Of a stretch of DNA of 64,000 nt, positions 63,129 to 64,000 are shown piece after piece. The DNA comes from Squalus acanthias (Eukaryota). Position 1 is the first letter of the stretch, and every line of letters starts with the position of its first letter. The notes under the pieces are model-generated. The model was not told the DNA's origin and did not search any database. It worked only from the letters and a program-made list of their open reading frames with translations. The stretch spans positions 62,001 to 126,000 of the forward strand of contig JASTWF010001061.1 in the NCBI GenBank assembly GCA_030390025.1, read 5' to 3'. Made by a program: the position numbers and the translations under genes.

Positions 63129-64000
63129 TTATTTCCCTAACTTAGTAATTACAGACAAGGGATATTGAATCAGATTCTTTAACTCCACTCTGAATTTAGT
63201 CTGGGACACTGCATAAATGATGGTATTTGTGCAAGGACTCATATTCTGCAGCATATATCCAGTTTGTTCCAAAATGTTGAACGGATTACTGCAGTCTGTG
63301 TGCAAGTATTGAATATCCATAATTTGTACAGATATATAATAAATTAAACTTACCATCTATAACAGGATAAAACTGCCAGATATGGCCAGCAGTAAAACGA
63401 TGGATTTCCTGCGGTTGTTCATTTCTGGGTCACTGTCGATTCTCCGGAGATCCCTCCTGATTCTACTTTTCAGTAGAAATTGCCTGATGGTCAGACCATT
63501 GAATATCAAAAACAAAAGAAAAGGAATAAAAGGGATTTAAACTATGTCAAGCCATAAGAATATAACCTTATATGTACAGTATAGAGTTTTGAGTTCAGTT
63601 CACAGAACTACGGTATATTGTCAATTATTGCGCGAGGTACTAAAATAAAGTACATTGGGAAATTTTCAAAAATGCTCAGCCCCGATATCGTTGCTACAAC
63701 CACTGCCGCAGTTTTTTCGGTGCAATATTGAGTTCTTATTTTTTTGGCAGACAAATGGCGACAAATCGATCAAAGGTGAAAGCGACAGTTAATCAGAGAG
63801 AACATTCAATAGAAGCATAAATAAGGAAGACATTCTGACTGCAGACCGGAGTGTATGTCCATGAATGAATCCGGGAAATAAATTGCTTTCATCTCATACA
63901 GACCCCGCCAAATATCAGGACCGCAGATCGGCCAATGCCATGGCCACCAGGTAAATAGTGAATTACATGGAGTGGCCGCGTTTTCCCCGGAAGAGGAATC
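63129..64000 (-). pseudogene. GPR139/GPR142-like GPCR pseudogene (exon 2), continuing beyond the window
   Basis: YLVAMALADL, LTVAFTFDRF, DPEMNNRRKS and CTNTIIYAVSQTKFR are homologous to 13731-14640. In-frame stops at 63963-63965 and 63357-63359, plus several frameshifts. Confidence 0.9.

Noticed and set aside
12030-64000. Recent segmental duplication of a GPCR+CR1 cassette
   Set aside because: The CR1 copies downstream of the two GPCRs differ in orientation and distance, and the GPCR sequences are well diverged.

Overview
Eukaryotic, repeat-rich vertebrate DNA, most likely a cartilaginous fish (shark/ray), judged from the CR1, Penelope and RTE repeat mix and the gene content. It has three N gaps. 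Genes: (1) A + strand MHC class I-like heavy-chain gene that looks intact and non-classical. I rebuilt it from splice sites: leader, a1 45214-45474, a2 52317-52592, a3 52821-53087, TM 56719-56825. It has two candidate 52-nt leader exons (40753-40804, 43012-43063), each behind its own TGACG/ATTGG promoter module. A divergent, frameshifted, Cys-rich orphan a1 exon lies upstream (34521-34780). (2) Two minus-strand GPR139/GPR142-like class A GPCR loci flank it: a two-exon copy with a single 1-nt deletion (13731-16389) and a decayed pseudogene running off the right edge. The rest is nested mobile DNA: CR1 LINEs (two with an esterase ORF1), a second APE-RT LINE family with a partner SINE, RTE and Tx1-like fragments, two Penelope-like elements with minimal hammerhead ribozymes, ~750-bp and ~180-bp MITE-like families, a possible solo LTR and several tandem repeats. 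All calls were made by eye without database searches, so family and lineage names are provisional.
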